Made by a program: the position numbers and the translations under genes
The notes under the pieces: model-generated
Databases searched by the model: none
What the model saw: the letters and a program-made list of their open reading frames with translations, nothing else
Told to the model about the DNA's origin: nothing
Origin: Eledone cirrhosa
Lineage: Eukaryota
Assembly (NCBI GenBank): GCA_964016885.1
Contig: OZ024740.1
Location: 406,100,001-406,164,000, forward strand
Direction: 5' to 3'
Length of the DNA stretch: 64,000 nucleotides
In this document: positions 24,327 through 36,548 of the stretch, in pieces
Numbering within the stretch: the stretch's first letter is position 1
Layout of the letters: the number at the start of each line of letters is the position of its first letter

Positions 24327-27300
24327 GGTGGTAGAGTTGGTCTTTAATGGTGGTAGAGTTGGTGTTAATGGTGGTAGAGTTGGTGTTAGAGTTTGTGTTA
24401 ATGGTGGTAGAGTTGGTGTTAGAGTTGGTGTTAATGGTGGTAGAGTTGGTGTTAATGGTGTTAGAGTTGGTGTTAGAGTTTGTGTTAATGGTGTTAGAGT
24501 TGGTGTTAATGGTGGTAGAGTTGGTCTTTAATGGTGGTAGAGTTGGTGTTAATGGTGGTAGAGTTGGTGTTAGAGTTTGTGTTAATGGTGGTAGAGTTGG
24601 TGTTAGAGTTGGTGTTAATGGTGGTAGAGTTGGTGTTAATGGTGTTAGAGTTGGTGTTAGAGTTTGTGTTAATGGTGTTAGAGTTGGTGTTAATGGTGGT
24701 AGAGTTGGTCTTTAATGGTGGTAGAGTTGGTATTAATGGTGGTAGAGTTGGTGTTAATGGTGGTAGAGTTGGTGCTAATGGTGTTAGAGTTGGTCTTTAA
24801 TGGTGGTAGAGCTGGTGTTAATGGTGGTAGAGTTGGTGTTAATGGTGGTAGAGTTGGTGTTAATGGTGTTAGAGTTGGTGTTAATGGTGGTAGAGTTGGT
24901 GTTAATGGTGGTAGAGTTGGTGTTAATGGTGGTAGAGTTGGTGTTAATGGTGGTAGAGTTGGTGTTAATGGTGGAAGAGTTGGTGTTAATTGTGTTAGAG
25001 TTGGTGTTAATGGTGTTAGAGTTGGTGTTAATGCTGGTAGAGTTGGTGTTAATATTGGTAGAGTTGGTGTTAATGGTGGTAGAGTTGGTGTTAATGGTGG
25101 TAGTGTTGGTGTTAATGGTGGTAGAGTTGGTCTTTAAGGGTGGTAGAGCCGGTGTTAATGGTGGTAGAGTTGCTGTTAATGGTGTTAGAGTTGGTGTTAA
25201 TGGTGTTAGAGTTGGCGGAGTTGGTGTTAATGGTGGTAGAGTTGGTGTTAATGGTGGTAGAGTTGGTTTTAATGGTGTTAAAGTTGGTCTTTAATGGTGG
25301 TAGAGTTGGTGTTAATGGTGTTAATGGTGTTAGAGTTGGTGTTAATGGTGGTAGAGTTGGTGTTAATGGTGGTAGAGTTGGTTTTAATGGTGTTAGAGTT
25401 GGTCTTTATTGGTGGTAGAGTTGGTGTTAATGATGTTAGAGTTGGTGTAAATGGTGGTAGAGTTGGTGTTAATGGTGGTAGTGTTGGTGTTAATGGTGGT
25501 AGAGTTGGTGTTAATGGTGGTAGTGTTGGTGTTAATGGTGGTAGAGTTGGTCTTTAAGGGTGGTAGAGCTGGTGTTAATGGTGGTAGAGTTGCTGTTAAT
25601 GGTGTTAGAGTTGGTGTTAATGGTGTTAGAGTTGGCGGAGTTGGTGTTAATGGTGGTAGAGTTGGTGTTAATGGTGGTAGAGTTGGTGTTAATGGTGTTA
25701 GAGTTGTTCTTTAATGGTGGTAGAGTTGGTCTTTAAGGGTGGTAGAGTTGGTGTTAATGGTGGTAGAGTTGCTGTTAATGGTGGTAGAGTTTGTCTTTAA
25801 GGGTGGCAGAGTTGGTGTTAATGGTGGTAGAGTTGCTGTTAATGGTGGTAGAGTTGGTCTTTAAGGGTGGTAGAGTTGGTGTAAATGGTTTTAGAGTTGG
25901 TGTTAATGGTGTTAGAGTTGGTGTTAATGGTCTTAGAGTTGGTGTTAATGGTGGTGGAGTTGGTGTTAATGGTGGTAGAGTTGGTGTTAATGGTGGTAGA
26001 GTTGGTGTTAATGGCGGAAGAGTTGGTGTTTATGGTGTTAGAGTTGGTGTTAATGGTGTTAGAGTTGGTGTGAATGGTGGTAGAGTTGGTCTTTAATGGT
26101 GGTAGAGTTGGTGTTAATGGTGTTAGAGTTGGTGTTAGAGTTTGTGTTAATGGTGGTAGAGTTGGTGTTAGAGTTGGTGTTAATGGTGGTAGAGTTGGTG
26201 TTAATGGTGTTAGAGTTTGTGTTAATGGTGTTAGAGTTGGTGTTAATGGTGGTAGAGTTGGTCTTTAATGGTGGTAGAGTTGGTATTAATGGTGGTAGAG
26301 TTGGTGTTAATGGTGGTAGAGTTGGTGCTAATGGTGTTAGAGTTGGTCTTTAATGGTGGTCGAGCTGGTGTTAATGGTGGTAGAGTTGGTGTTAATGGTG
26401 GTAGAGTTGGTGTTAATGGTGTTAATGGTGGTAGAGTTGGTGTTAATGGTGGTAGAGTTGGTGTTAATGGTGGTAGAGTTGGTGTTAATGGTGGTAGAGT
26501 TGGTGTTAATGGTGGAAGAGTTGGTGTTAATTGTGTTAGAGTTGGTGTTAATGGTGTTAAAGTTGGTCTTTAATGGTGGTAGAGTTGGTGTTAATGGTGT
26601 TAATGGTGTTAGAGTTGGTGTTAATGGTGGTAGAGTTGGTGTTAATGGTGGTAGAGTTGGTTTTAATGGTGTTAGAGTTGGTCTTTATTGGTGGTAGAGT
26701 TGGTGTTAATGATGTTAGGGTTGGTGTTAATGGTGGTAGAGTTGGTGTTAATGGTGTTAGAGTTGGTCTTTAATGGTGGTAGAGTTGGTCTTTAAGGGTG
26801 GTAGAGCTGGTGTTAATGGTGGTAGAGTTGCTGTTAATGGTGGTAGAGTTGGTCTTTAAGGGTGGCAGAGTTGGTGTTAATGGTGGTAGAGTTGCTGTTA
26901 ATGGTGGTAGAGTTGGTCTTTAAGGGTGGTAGAGTTGGTGTTAATGGTGGTAGAGTTGGTGTTAATGGTGGTAGAGTTGGTCTTTAAGGGTGGTAGAGTT
27001 GGTATTAATGGTGGTAGAGTTGGTGTTAATGGTGTTAGAGTTGGTGTTAATGGTGGTGGAGTTGGTGTTAATGGTGGTAGAGTTGGTGTTAATGGTGGTA
27101 GAGTTGGTGTTAATGGCGGTAGAGTTGGTGTTAGAGTTTGTGTTAATGGTGGTAGAGTTGGTGTTAGAGTTGGTGTTAATGGTGGTAGAGTTGGTGTTTA
27201 TGGTGTTAGAGTTGGTGTTAATGGTGTTAGAGTTGGTGTTAATGGTGGTAGAGTTGGTCTTTAATGGTGGTAGAGTTGGTGTTAATGGTGGTAGAGTTGG

Positions 27301-30300
27301 TGTTAGAGTTTGTGTTAATGGTGGTAGAGTTGGTGTTAGAGTTGGTGTTAATGGTGGTAGAGTTGGTGTTAATGGTGTTAGAGTTTGTGTTAATGGTGTT
27401 AGAGTTGGTGTTAATGGTGGTAGAGTTGGTGTTAATGGTGTTAATGGTGGTAGAGTTGGTGTTAATGGTGGTAGAGTTGGTGTTAATGGTGGTAGAGTTG
27501 GTGTTAATGGTGGTAGAGTTGGTGTTAATGGTGGAAGAGTTGGTGTTAATTGTGTTAGAGTTGGTGTTAATGGTGTTAAAGTTGGTCTTTAATGGTGGTA
27601 GAGTTGGTGTTAATGGTGTTAATGGTGTTAGAGTTGGTGTTAATGGTGGTAGAGTTGGTTTTAATGGTGTTAGAGTTGGTCTTTATTGGTGGTAGAGTTG
27701 GTGTTAATGATGTTAGAGTTGGTGTTAATGGTGGTAGAGTTGGTGTTAATGGTGTTAGAATTGGTGTTAATGGTGTTAGAGTTGGTGTTAATGGTGGTAG
27801 AGTTGGTGTTAATGGTGGTAGAGTTGGTTTTAATGGTGTTAGAGTTGGTCTTTATTGGTGGTAGAGTTGGTGTTAATGATGTTAGAGTTGGTGTTAATGG
27901 TGGTAGAGTTGGTGTTAATGGTGTTAGAGTTGGTCTTTAATGGTGGTAGAGTTGGTCTTTAAGGGTGGTAGAGTTGGTGTTAATGGTGGTAGAGTTGCTG
28001 TTAATGGTGGTAGAGTTGGTCTTTAAGAGTGGTAGAGTTGGTGTTAATGGTGGTAGAGTTGGTGTTTATGGTGTTAGAGTTGGTGTTAATGGTGTTAGAG
28101 TTGGTGTTAATGGTGGTAGAGTTGGTCTTTAATGGTGGTAGAGTTGGTGTTAATGGTGGTAGAGTTGGTGTTAATGGTGTTAGAGCTGGTGTTAGAGTTT
28201 GTGTTAATGGTGTTAGAGTTGGTGTTAATGGTGGTAGAGTTGGTCTTTAATGGTGATAGAGTTGGTGTTAATGGTGGTAGAGTTGGTGTTAGAGTTTGTG
28301 TTAATGGTGGTAGAGTTGGTGTTAGAGTTGGTGTTAATGGTGGTAGAGTTGGTGTTAATGGTGTTAGAGTTGGTGTTAGAGTTTGTGTTAATGGTGTTAG
28401 AGTTGGTGTTAATGGTGGTAGAGTTGGTCTTTAATGGTGGTAGAGTTGGTATTAATGGTGGTAGAGTTGGTGTTAATGGTGTTAGAGTTGGTCTTTAATG
28501 GTGGTAGAGCTGGTGTTAATGGTGGTAGAGTTGGTGTTAATGGTGGTAGAGTTGGTGTTAATGGTGTTAGAGTTGGTGTTAATGGTGGTAGAGTTGGTGT
28601 TAATGGTGGTAGAGTTGATGTTAATGGTGGTAGAGTTGGTGTTAATGGTGGTAGAGTTGGTGTTAATGGTGGAAGAGTTGGTGTTAATTGTGTTAGAGTT
28701 GGTGTTAATGGTGTTAGAGTTGGTGTTAATGCTGGTAGAGTTGGTGTTAATATTGGTAGAGTTGGTGTTAATGGTGGTAGAGTTGGTGTTAATGGTGGTA
28801 GTGTTGGTGTTAATGGTGGTAGAGTTGGTCTTTAAGGGTGGTAGAGCCGGTGTTAATGGTGGTAGAGTTGCTGTTAATGGTGTTAGAGTTGGTGTTAATG
28901 GTGTTAGAGTTGGCGGAGTTGGTGTTAATGGTGGTAGAGTTGGTGTTAATGGTGGTAGAGTTGGTTTTAATGGTGTTAAAGTTGGTCTTTAATGGTGGTA
29001 GAGTTGGTGTTAATGGTGTTAATGGTGTTAGAGTTGGTGTTAATGGTGGTAGAGTTGGTGTTAATGGTGGTAGAGTTGGTTTTAATGGTGTTAGAGTTGG
29101 TCTTTATTGGTGGTAGAGTTGGTGTTAATGATGTTAGAGTTGGTGTTAATGGTGGTAGAGTTGGTGTTAATGGTGGTAGTGTTGGTGTTAATGGTGGTAG
29201 AGTTGGTGTTAATGGTGGTAGTGTTGGTGTTAATGGTGGTAGAGTTGGTCTTTAAGGGTGGTAGAGCTGGTGTTAATGGTGGTAGAGTTGCTGTTAATGG
29301 TGTTAGAGTTGGTGTTAATGGTGTTAGAGTTGGCGGAGTTGGTGTTAATGGTGGTAGAGTTGGTGTTAATGGTGGTAGAGTTGGTGTTAATGGTGTTAGA
29401 GTTGGTCTTTAATGGTGGTAGAGTTGGTCTTTAAGGGTGGTAGAGTTGGTGTTAATGGTGGTAGAGTTGCTGTTAATGGTGGTAGAGTTGGTCTTTAAGG
29501 GTGGCAGAGTTGGTGTTAATGGTGGTAGAGTTGCTGTTAATGGTGGTAGAGTTGGTCTTTAAGGGTGGTAGAGTTGGTGTAAATGGTGTTAGAGTTGGTG
29601 TTAATGGTGTTAGAGTTGGTGTTAAAGGTCTTAGAGTTGGTGTTAATGGTGGTGGAGTTGGTGTTAATGGTGGTAGAGTTGGTGTTAATGGTGGTAGAGT
29701 TGGTGTTAATGGCGGAAGAGTTGGTGTTTATGGTGTTAGAGTTGGTGTTAATGGTGTTAGAGTTGGTGTGAATGGTGGTAGAGTTGGTCTTTAATGGTGG
29801 TAGAGTTGGTGTTAATGGTGTTAGAGTTGGTGTTAGAGTTTGTGTTAATGGTGGTAGAGTTGGTGTTAGAGTTGGTGTTAATGGTGGTAGAGTTGGTGTT
29901 AATGGTGTTAGAGTTTGTGTTAATGGTGTTAGAGTTGGTGTTAATGGTGGTAGAGTTGGTCTTTAATGGTGGTAGAGTTGGTATTAATGGTGGTAGAGTT
30001 GGTGTTAATGGTGGTAGAGTTGGTGCTAATGGTGTTAGAGTTGGTCTTTAATGGTGGTAGAGCTGGTGTTAATGGTGGTAGAGTTGGTGTTAATGGTGGT
30101 AGAGTTGGTGTTAATGGTGTTAATGGTGGTAGAGTTGGTGTTAATGGTGGTAGAGTTGGTGTTAATGGTGGTAGAGTTGGTGTTAATGGTGGTAGAGTTG
30201 GTGTTAATGGTGGAAGAGTTGGTGTTAATTGTGTTAGAGTTGGTGTTAATGGTGTTAAAGTTGGTCTTTAATGGTGGTAGAGTTGGTGTTAATGGTGTTA

Positions 30301-33300
30301 ATGGTGTTAGAGTTGGTGTTAATGGTGGTAGAGTTGGTGTTAATGGTGGTAGAGTTGGTTTTAATGGTGTTAGAGTTGGTCTTTATTGGTGGTAGAGTTG
30401 GTGTTAATGATGTTAGAGTTGGTGTTAATGGTGGTAGAGTTGGTGTTAATGGTGTTAGAGTTGGTCTTTAATGGTGGTAGAGTTGGTCTTTAAGGGTGGT
30501 AGAGCTGGTGTTAATGGTGGTAGAGTTGCTGTTAATGGTGGTAGAGTTGGTCTTTAAGGGTGGCAGAGTTGGTGTTAATGGTGGTAGAGTTGCTGTTAAT
30601 GGTGGTAGAGTTGTTCTTTAAGGGTGGTAGAGTTGGTGTTAATGGTGGTAGAGTTGGTGTTAATGGTGGTAGAGTTGGTCTTTAAGGGTGGTAGAGTTGG
30701 TATTAATGGTGGTAGAGTTGGTGTTAATGGTGTTAGAGTTGGTGTTAATGGTGGTGGAGTTGGTGTTAATGGTGGTAGAGTTGGTGTTAATGGTGGTAGA
30801 GTTGGTGTTAATGGCGGTAGAGTTGGTGTTAGAGTTTGTGTTAATGGTGGTAGAGTTGGTGTTAGAGTTGGTGTTAATGGTGGTAGAGTTGGTGTTTATG
30901 GTGTTAGAGTTGGTGTTAATGGTGTTAGAGTTGGTGTTAATGGTGGTAGAGTTGGTCTTTAATGGTGGTAGAGTTGGTGTTAATGGTGGTAGAGTTGGTG
31001 TTAATGGTGGTAGAGTTGGTGTTAGAGTTGGTGTTAATGGTGGTAGAGTTGGTGTTAATGGTGTTAGAGTTTGTGTTAATGGTGTTAGAGTTGGTGTTAA
31101 TGGTGGTAGAGTTGGTGTTAATGGTGTTAATGGTGGTAGAGTTGGTGTTAATGGTGGTAGAGTTGGTGTTAATGGTGGTAGAGTTGGTGTTAATGGTGGT
31201 AGAGTTGGTGTTAATGGTGGAAGAGTTGGTGTTAATTGTGTTAGAGTTGGTGTTAATGGTGTTAAAGTTGGTCTTTAATGGTGGTAGAGTTGGTGTTAAT
31301 GGTGTTAATGGTGTTAGAGTTGGTGTTAATGGTGGTAGAGTTGGTTTTAATGGTGTTAGAGTTGGTCTTTATTGGTGGTAGAGTTGGTGTTAATGATGTT
31401 AGAGTTGGTGTTAATGGTGGTAGAGTTGGTGTTAATGGTGTTAGAATTGGTGTTAATGGTGTTAGAGTTGGTGTTAATGGTGGTAGAGTTGGTGTTAATG
31501 GTGGTAGAGTTGGTTTTAATGGTGTTAGAGTTGGTCTTTATTGGTGGTAGAGTTGGTGTTAATGATGTTAGAGTTGGTGTTAATGGTGGTAGAGTTGGTG
31601 TTAATGGTGTTAGAGTTGGTCTTTAATGGTGGTAGAGTTGGTCTTTAAGGGTGGTAGAGTTGGTGTTAATGGTGGTAGAGTTGCTGTTAATGGTGGTAGA
31701 GTTGGTCTTTAAGGGTGGCAGAGTTGGTGTTAATGGTGGTAGAGTTGCTGTTAATGGTGGTAGAGTTGGTCTTTAAGGGTGGTAGAGTTGGTGTTAATGG
31801 TGGTAGAGTTGGTGTTTATGGTGTTAGAGTTGGTGTTAATGGTGTTAGAGTTGGTGTTAATGGTGGTAGAGTTGGTCTTTAATGGTGGTAGAGTTGGTGT
31901 TAATGGTGGTAGAGTTGGTGTTAGAGTTTGTGTTAATGGTGGTAGAGTTGGTGTTAATGGTGTTAGAGTTGGTGTTAGAGTTTGTGTTAATGGTGTTAGA
32001 GTTGGTGTTAATGGTGGTAGAGTTGGTCTTTAATGGTGATAGAGTTGGTGTTAATGGTGGTAGAGTTGGTGATAGAGTTTGTGTTAATGGTGGTAGAGTT
32101 GGTGTTAGAGTTGGTGTTAATGGTGGTAGAGTTGGTGTTAATGGTGTTAGAGTTGGTGTTAGAGTTTGTGTTAATGGTGTTAGAGTTGGTGTTAATGGTG
32201 GTAGAGTTGGTCTTTAATGGTGGTAGAGTTGGTATTAATGGTGGTAGAGTTGGTGTTAATGGTGGTAGAGTTGGTGCTAATGGTGTTAGAGTTGGTCTTT
32301 AATGGTGGTAGAGCTGGTGTTAATGGTGGTAGAGTTGGTGTTAATGGTGGTAGAGTTGGTGTTAATGGTGTTAGAGTTGGTGTTAATGGTGGTAGAGTTG
32401 GTGTTAATGGTGGTAGAGTTGATGTTAATGGTGGTAGAGTTGGTGTTAATGGTGGTAGAGTTGGTGTTAATGGTGGAAGAGTTGGTGTTAATTGTGTTAG
32501 AGTTGGTGTTAATGGTGTTAGAGTTGGTGTTAATGCTGGTAGAGTTGGTGTTAATATTGGTAGAGTTGGTGTTAATGGTGGTAGAGTTGGTGTTAATGGT
32601 GGTAGTGTTGGTGTTAATGGTGGTAGAGTTGGTCTTTAAGGGTGGTAGAGCCGGTGTTAATGGTGGTAGAGTTGCTGTTAATGGTGTTAGAGTTGGTGTT
32701 AATGGTGTTAGAGTTGGCGGAGTTGGTGTTAATGGTGGTAGAGTTGGTTTTAATGGTGTTAAAGTTGGTCTTTAATGGTGGTAGAGTTGGTGTTAATGGT
32801 GTTAATGGTGTTAGAGTTGGTGTTAATGGTGGTAGAGTTGGTGTTAATGGTGGTAGAGTTGGTTTTAATGGTGTTAGAGTTGGTCTTTATTGGTGGTAGA
32901 GTTGGTGTTAATGATGTTAGAGTTGGTGTTAATGGTGGTAGAGTTGGTGTTAATGGTGGTAGTGTTGGTGTTAATGGTGGTAGAGTTGGTGTTAATGGTG
33001 GTAGTGTTGGTGTTAATGGTGGTAGCGTTGGTCTTTAAGGGTGGTAGAGCTGGTGTTAATGGTGGTAGAGTTGCTGTTAATGGTGTTAGAGTTGGTGTTA
33101 ATGGTGTTAGAGTTGGCGGAGTTGGTGTTAATGGTGGTAGAGTTGGTGTTAATGGTGGTAGAGTTGGTGTTAATGGTGTTAGAGTTGGTCTTTAATGGTG
33201 GTAGAGTTGGTCTTTAAGGGTGGTAGAGTTGGTGTTAATGGTGGTAGAGTTGCTGTTAATGGTGGTAGAGTTGGTCTTTAAGGGTGGCAGAGTTGGTGTT

Positions 33301-36300
33301 AATGGTGGTAGAGTTGCTGTTAATGGTGGTAGAGTTGGTCTTTAAGGGTGGTAGAGTTGGTGTAAATGGTGTTAGAGTTGGTGTTAATGGTGTTAGAGTT
33401 GGTGTTAAAGGTCTTAGAGTTGGTGTTAATGGTGGTGGAGTTGGTGTTAATGGTGGTAGAGTTGGTGTTAATGGTGGTAGAGTTGGTGTTAATGGCGGAA
33501 GAGTTGGTGTTTATGGTGTTAGAGTTGGTGTTAATGGTGTTAGAGTTGGTGTGAATGGTGGTAGAGTTGGTCTTTAATGGTGGTAGAGTTGGTGTTAATG
33601 GTGTTAGAGTTGGTGTTAGAGTTTGTGTTAATGGTGGTAGAGTTGGTGTTAGAGTTGGTGTTAATGGTGGTAGAGTTGGTGTTAATGGTGTTAGAGTTTG
33701 TGTTAATGGTGTTAGAGTTGGTGTTAATGGTGGTAGAGTTGGTCTTTAATGGTGGTAGAGTTGGTATTAATGGTGGTAGAGTTGGTGTTAATGGTGGTAG
33801 AGTTGGTGCTAATGGTGTTAGAGTTGGTCTTTAATGGTGGTAGAGCTGGTGTTAATGGTGGTAGAGTTGGTGTTAATGGTGGTAGAGTTGGTGTTAATGG
33901 TGTTAATGGTGGTAGAGTTGGTGTTAATGGTGGTAGAGTTGGTGTTAATGGTGGTAGAGTTGGTGTTAATGGTGGTAGAGTTGGTGTTAATGGTGGAAGA
34001 GTTGGTGTTAATTGTGTTAGAGTTGGTGTTAATGGTGTTAAAGTTGGTCTTTAATGGTGGTAGAGTTGGTGTTAATGGTGTTAATGGTGTTAGAGTTGGT
34101 GTTAATGGTGGTAGAGTTGGTGTTAATGGTGGTAGAGTTGGTTTTAATGGTGTTAGAGTTGGTCTTTATTGGTGGTAGAGTTGGTGTTAATGATGTTAGA
34201 GTTGGTGTTAATGGTGGTAGAGTTGGTGTTAATGGTGTTAGAGTTGGTCTTTAATGGTGGTACAGTTGGTCTTTAAGGGTGGTAGAGTTGGTCTTTAAGG
34301 GTGGTAGAGTTGGTGTTAATGGTGGTAGAGTTGCTGTTAATGGTGGTAGAGTTGGTCTTTAAGGGTGGCAGAGTTGGTGTTAATGGTGGTAGAGTTGCTG
34401 TTAATGGTGGTAGAGTTGGTCTTTAAGGGTGGTAGAGTTGGTGTTAATGGTGGTAGAGTTGGTGTTAATGGTGGTAGAGTTGGTCTTTAAGGGTGGTAGA
34501 GTTGGTATTAATGATGGTAGAGTTGGTGTTAATGGTGTTAGAGTTGGTGTTAATGGTGGTGGAGTTGGTGTTAATGGTGGTAGAGTTGGTGTTAATGGTG
34601 GTAGAGTTGGTGTTAATGGCGGTAGAGTTGGTGTTAGAGTTTGTGTTAATGGTGGTAGAGTTGGTGTTAGAGTTGGTGTTAATGGTGGTAGAGTTGGTGT
34701 TTATGGTGTTAGAGTTGGTGTTAATGGTGTTAGAGTTGGTGTTAATGGTGGTAGAGTTGGTCTTTAATGGTGGTAGAGTTGGTGTTAATGGTGGTAGAGT
34801 TGGTGTTAGAGTTTGTGTTAATGGTGGTAGAGTTGGTGTTAGAGTTGGTGTTAATGGTGGTAGAGTTGGTGTTAATGGTGTTAGAGTTTGTGTTAATGGT
34901 GTTAGAGTTGGTGTTAATGGTGGTAGAGTTGGTCTTTAATGGTGGTAGAGTTGGTGTTAATGGTGGTAGAGTTGGTGCTAATGGTGTTAGAGTTGGTCTT
35001 TAATGGTGGTAGAGCTGGTGTTAATGGTGGTAGAGTTGGTGTTAATGGTGGTAGAGTTGGTGTTAATGGTGGTAGAGTTGGTGTTAATGGTGGTAGAGTT
35101 GGTGTTAATGGTGGAAGAGTTGGTGTTAATTGTGTTAGAGTTGGTGTTAGAGTTGGTGTTAATGCTGGTAGAGTTGGTGTTAATATTGGTAGAGTTGGTG
35201 TTAATGGTGGTAGAGTTGGTGTTAATGGTGGTAGAGTTGGTTTTAATGGTGTTAAAGTTGGTCTTTAATGGTGGTAGAGTTGGTGTTAATGGTGTTAATG
35301 GTGTTAGAGTTGCTGTTAATGGTGGTAGAGTTGGTTTTAATGGTGTTAGAGTTGGTCTTTATTGGTGGTAGAGTTGGTGTTAATGATGTTAGAGTTGGTG
35401 TTAATGGTGGTAGAGTTGGTGTTAATGGTGTTATAATTGGTGTTAATGGTGTTAGAGTTGGTGTTAATGGTGGTAGAGTTGGTGTTAATGGTGGTAGAGT
35501 TGGTTTTAATGGTGTTAGAGTTGGTCTTTATTGGTGGTAGAGTTGGTGTTAATGATGTTAGAGTTGGTGTTAATGGTGGTAGAGTTGGTGTTAATGGTGG
35601 TAGTGTTGGTGTTAATGGTGGTAGAGTCGGTGTTAATTGTGGTAGTGTTGGTGTTAATGGTGGTAGAGTTGGTCTTTAAGGGTGGTAGAGCTGGTGTTAA
35701 TGGTGGTAGAGTTGCTGTTAATGGTGTTAGAGTTGGTGTTAATGGTGTTAGAGTTGGCGGAGTTGGTGTTAATGGTGGTAGAGTTGGTGTTAATGGTGGT
35801 AGAGTTGGTGTTAATGGTGGTAGTGTTGGTGTTAATGGTGGTAGAGTTGGTCTTTAAGGGTGGTAGAGTTGGTGTTAATGGTGGTAGAGTTGCTGTTAAT
35901 GGTGGTAGAGTTGGTCTTTAAGGGTGGTAGAGTTGGTGTTAATGGTGGTAGAGTTGCTGTTAATGGTGTTAGAGTTGGTCTTTAATGGTGGCAGAGTTGC
36001 TGTTAATTGTGGTAGAGTTGGTGTTAATGGTGGTAAGTTGGTGTTAATGGTGTTAGAGTTGGTGTTAATGGTGGTAGTGTTGGTGTTAATGTTGGAAGAG
36101 TTGGTGTTAATGATGTTAGAGTTGGTGTTAATGGTGGTAGAGTTGGTGTTAATGGTGGTAGAGTTGGAGTTAATGGTGTTAGAGTCGGTGTTAATGGTGT
36201 TAGAGTTGGTGTTAATGGTGTTAGAGTTGGTGTTAATGGTGTTAGAGTTGGTGTTAATGGTGGTGGAGTTGGTGTTAATGGTGGTAGAGTTGGTGTTAAT

Positions 36301-36548
36301 GGTGGTAGAGTGGGTATTAATGGTGTTAGAGTTGGTGTTAATGGTGGTAGAGTTGGTGTTAATGGTGGTAGAGTTGGTGTTAATGGTGGTAGAGTTGGTG
36401 TTAATGGTGGTAGAGTTGCTCTTTAATGGTGGTAGAGTTGGTGTTAATGGTGGTAGAGTTGGTGTTAATGGTGGTAGAGTTGGTCTTTAAGGGTGGTAGA
36501 GTTGGTGTTAATGGTGGTAGAGTTGGTGTTAATGGTGGTAGAGTTGGT
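24327..36548 (+). repeat. Copy B of the ~12.1-kb block (offset 24,326-24,473 bp)
   Basis: The ORF-track strings recur in the same order (21..389 = 24347..24715; 1444..1749 = 25791..26096; 11481..12047 = 35924..36490). The copies diverge after 12105/36548. Confidence 0.95.
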
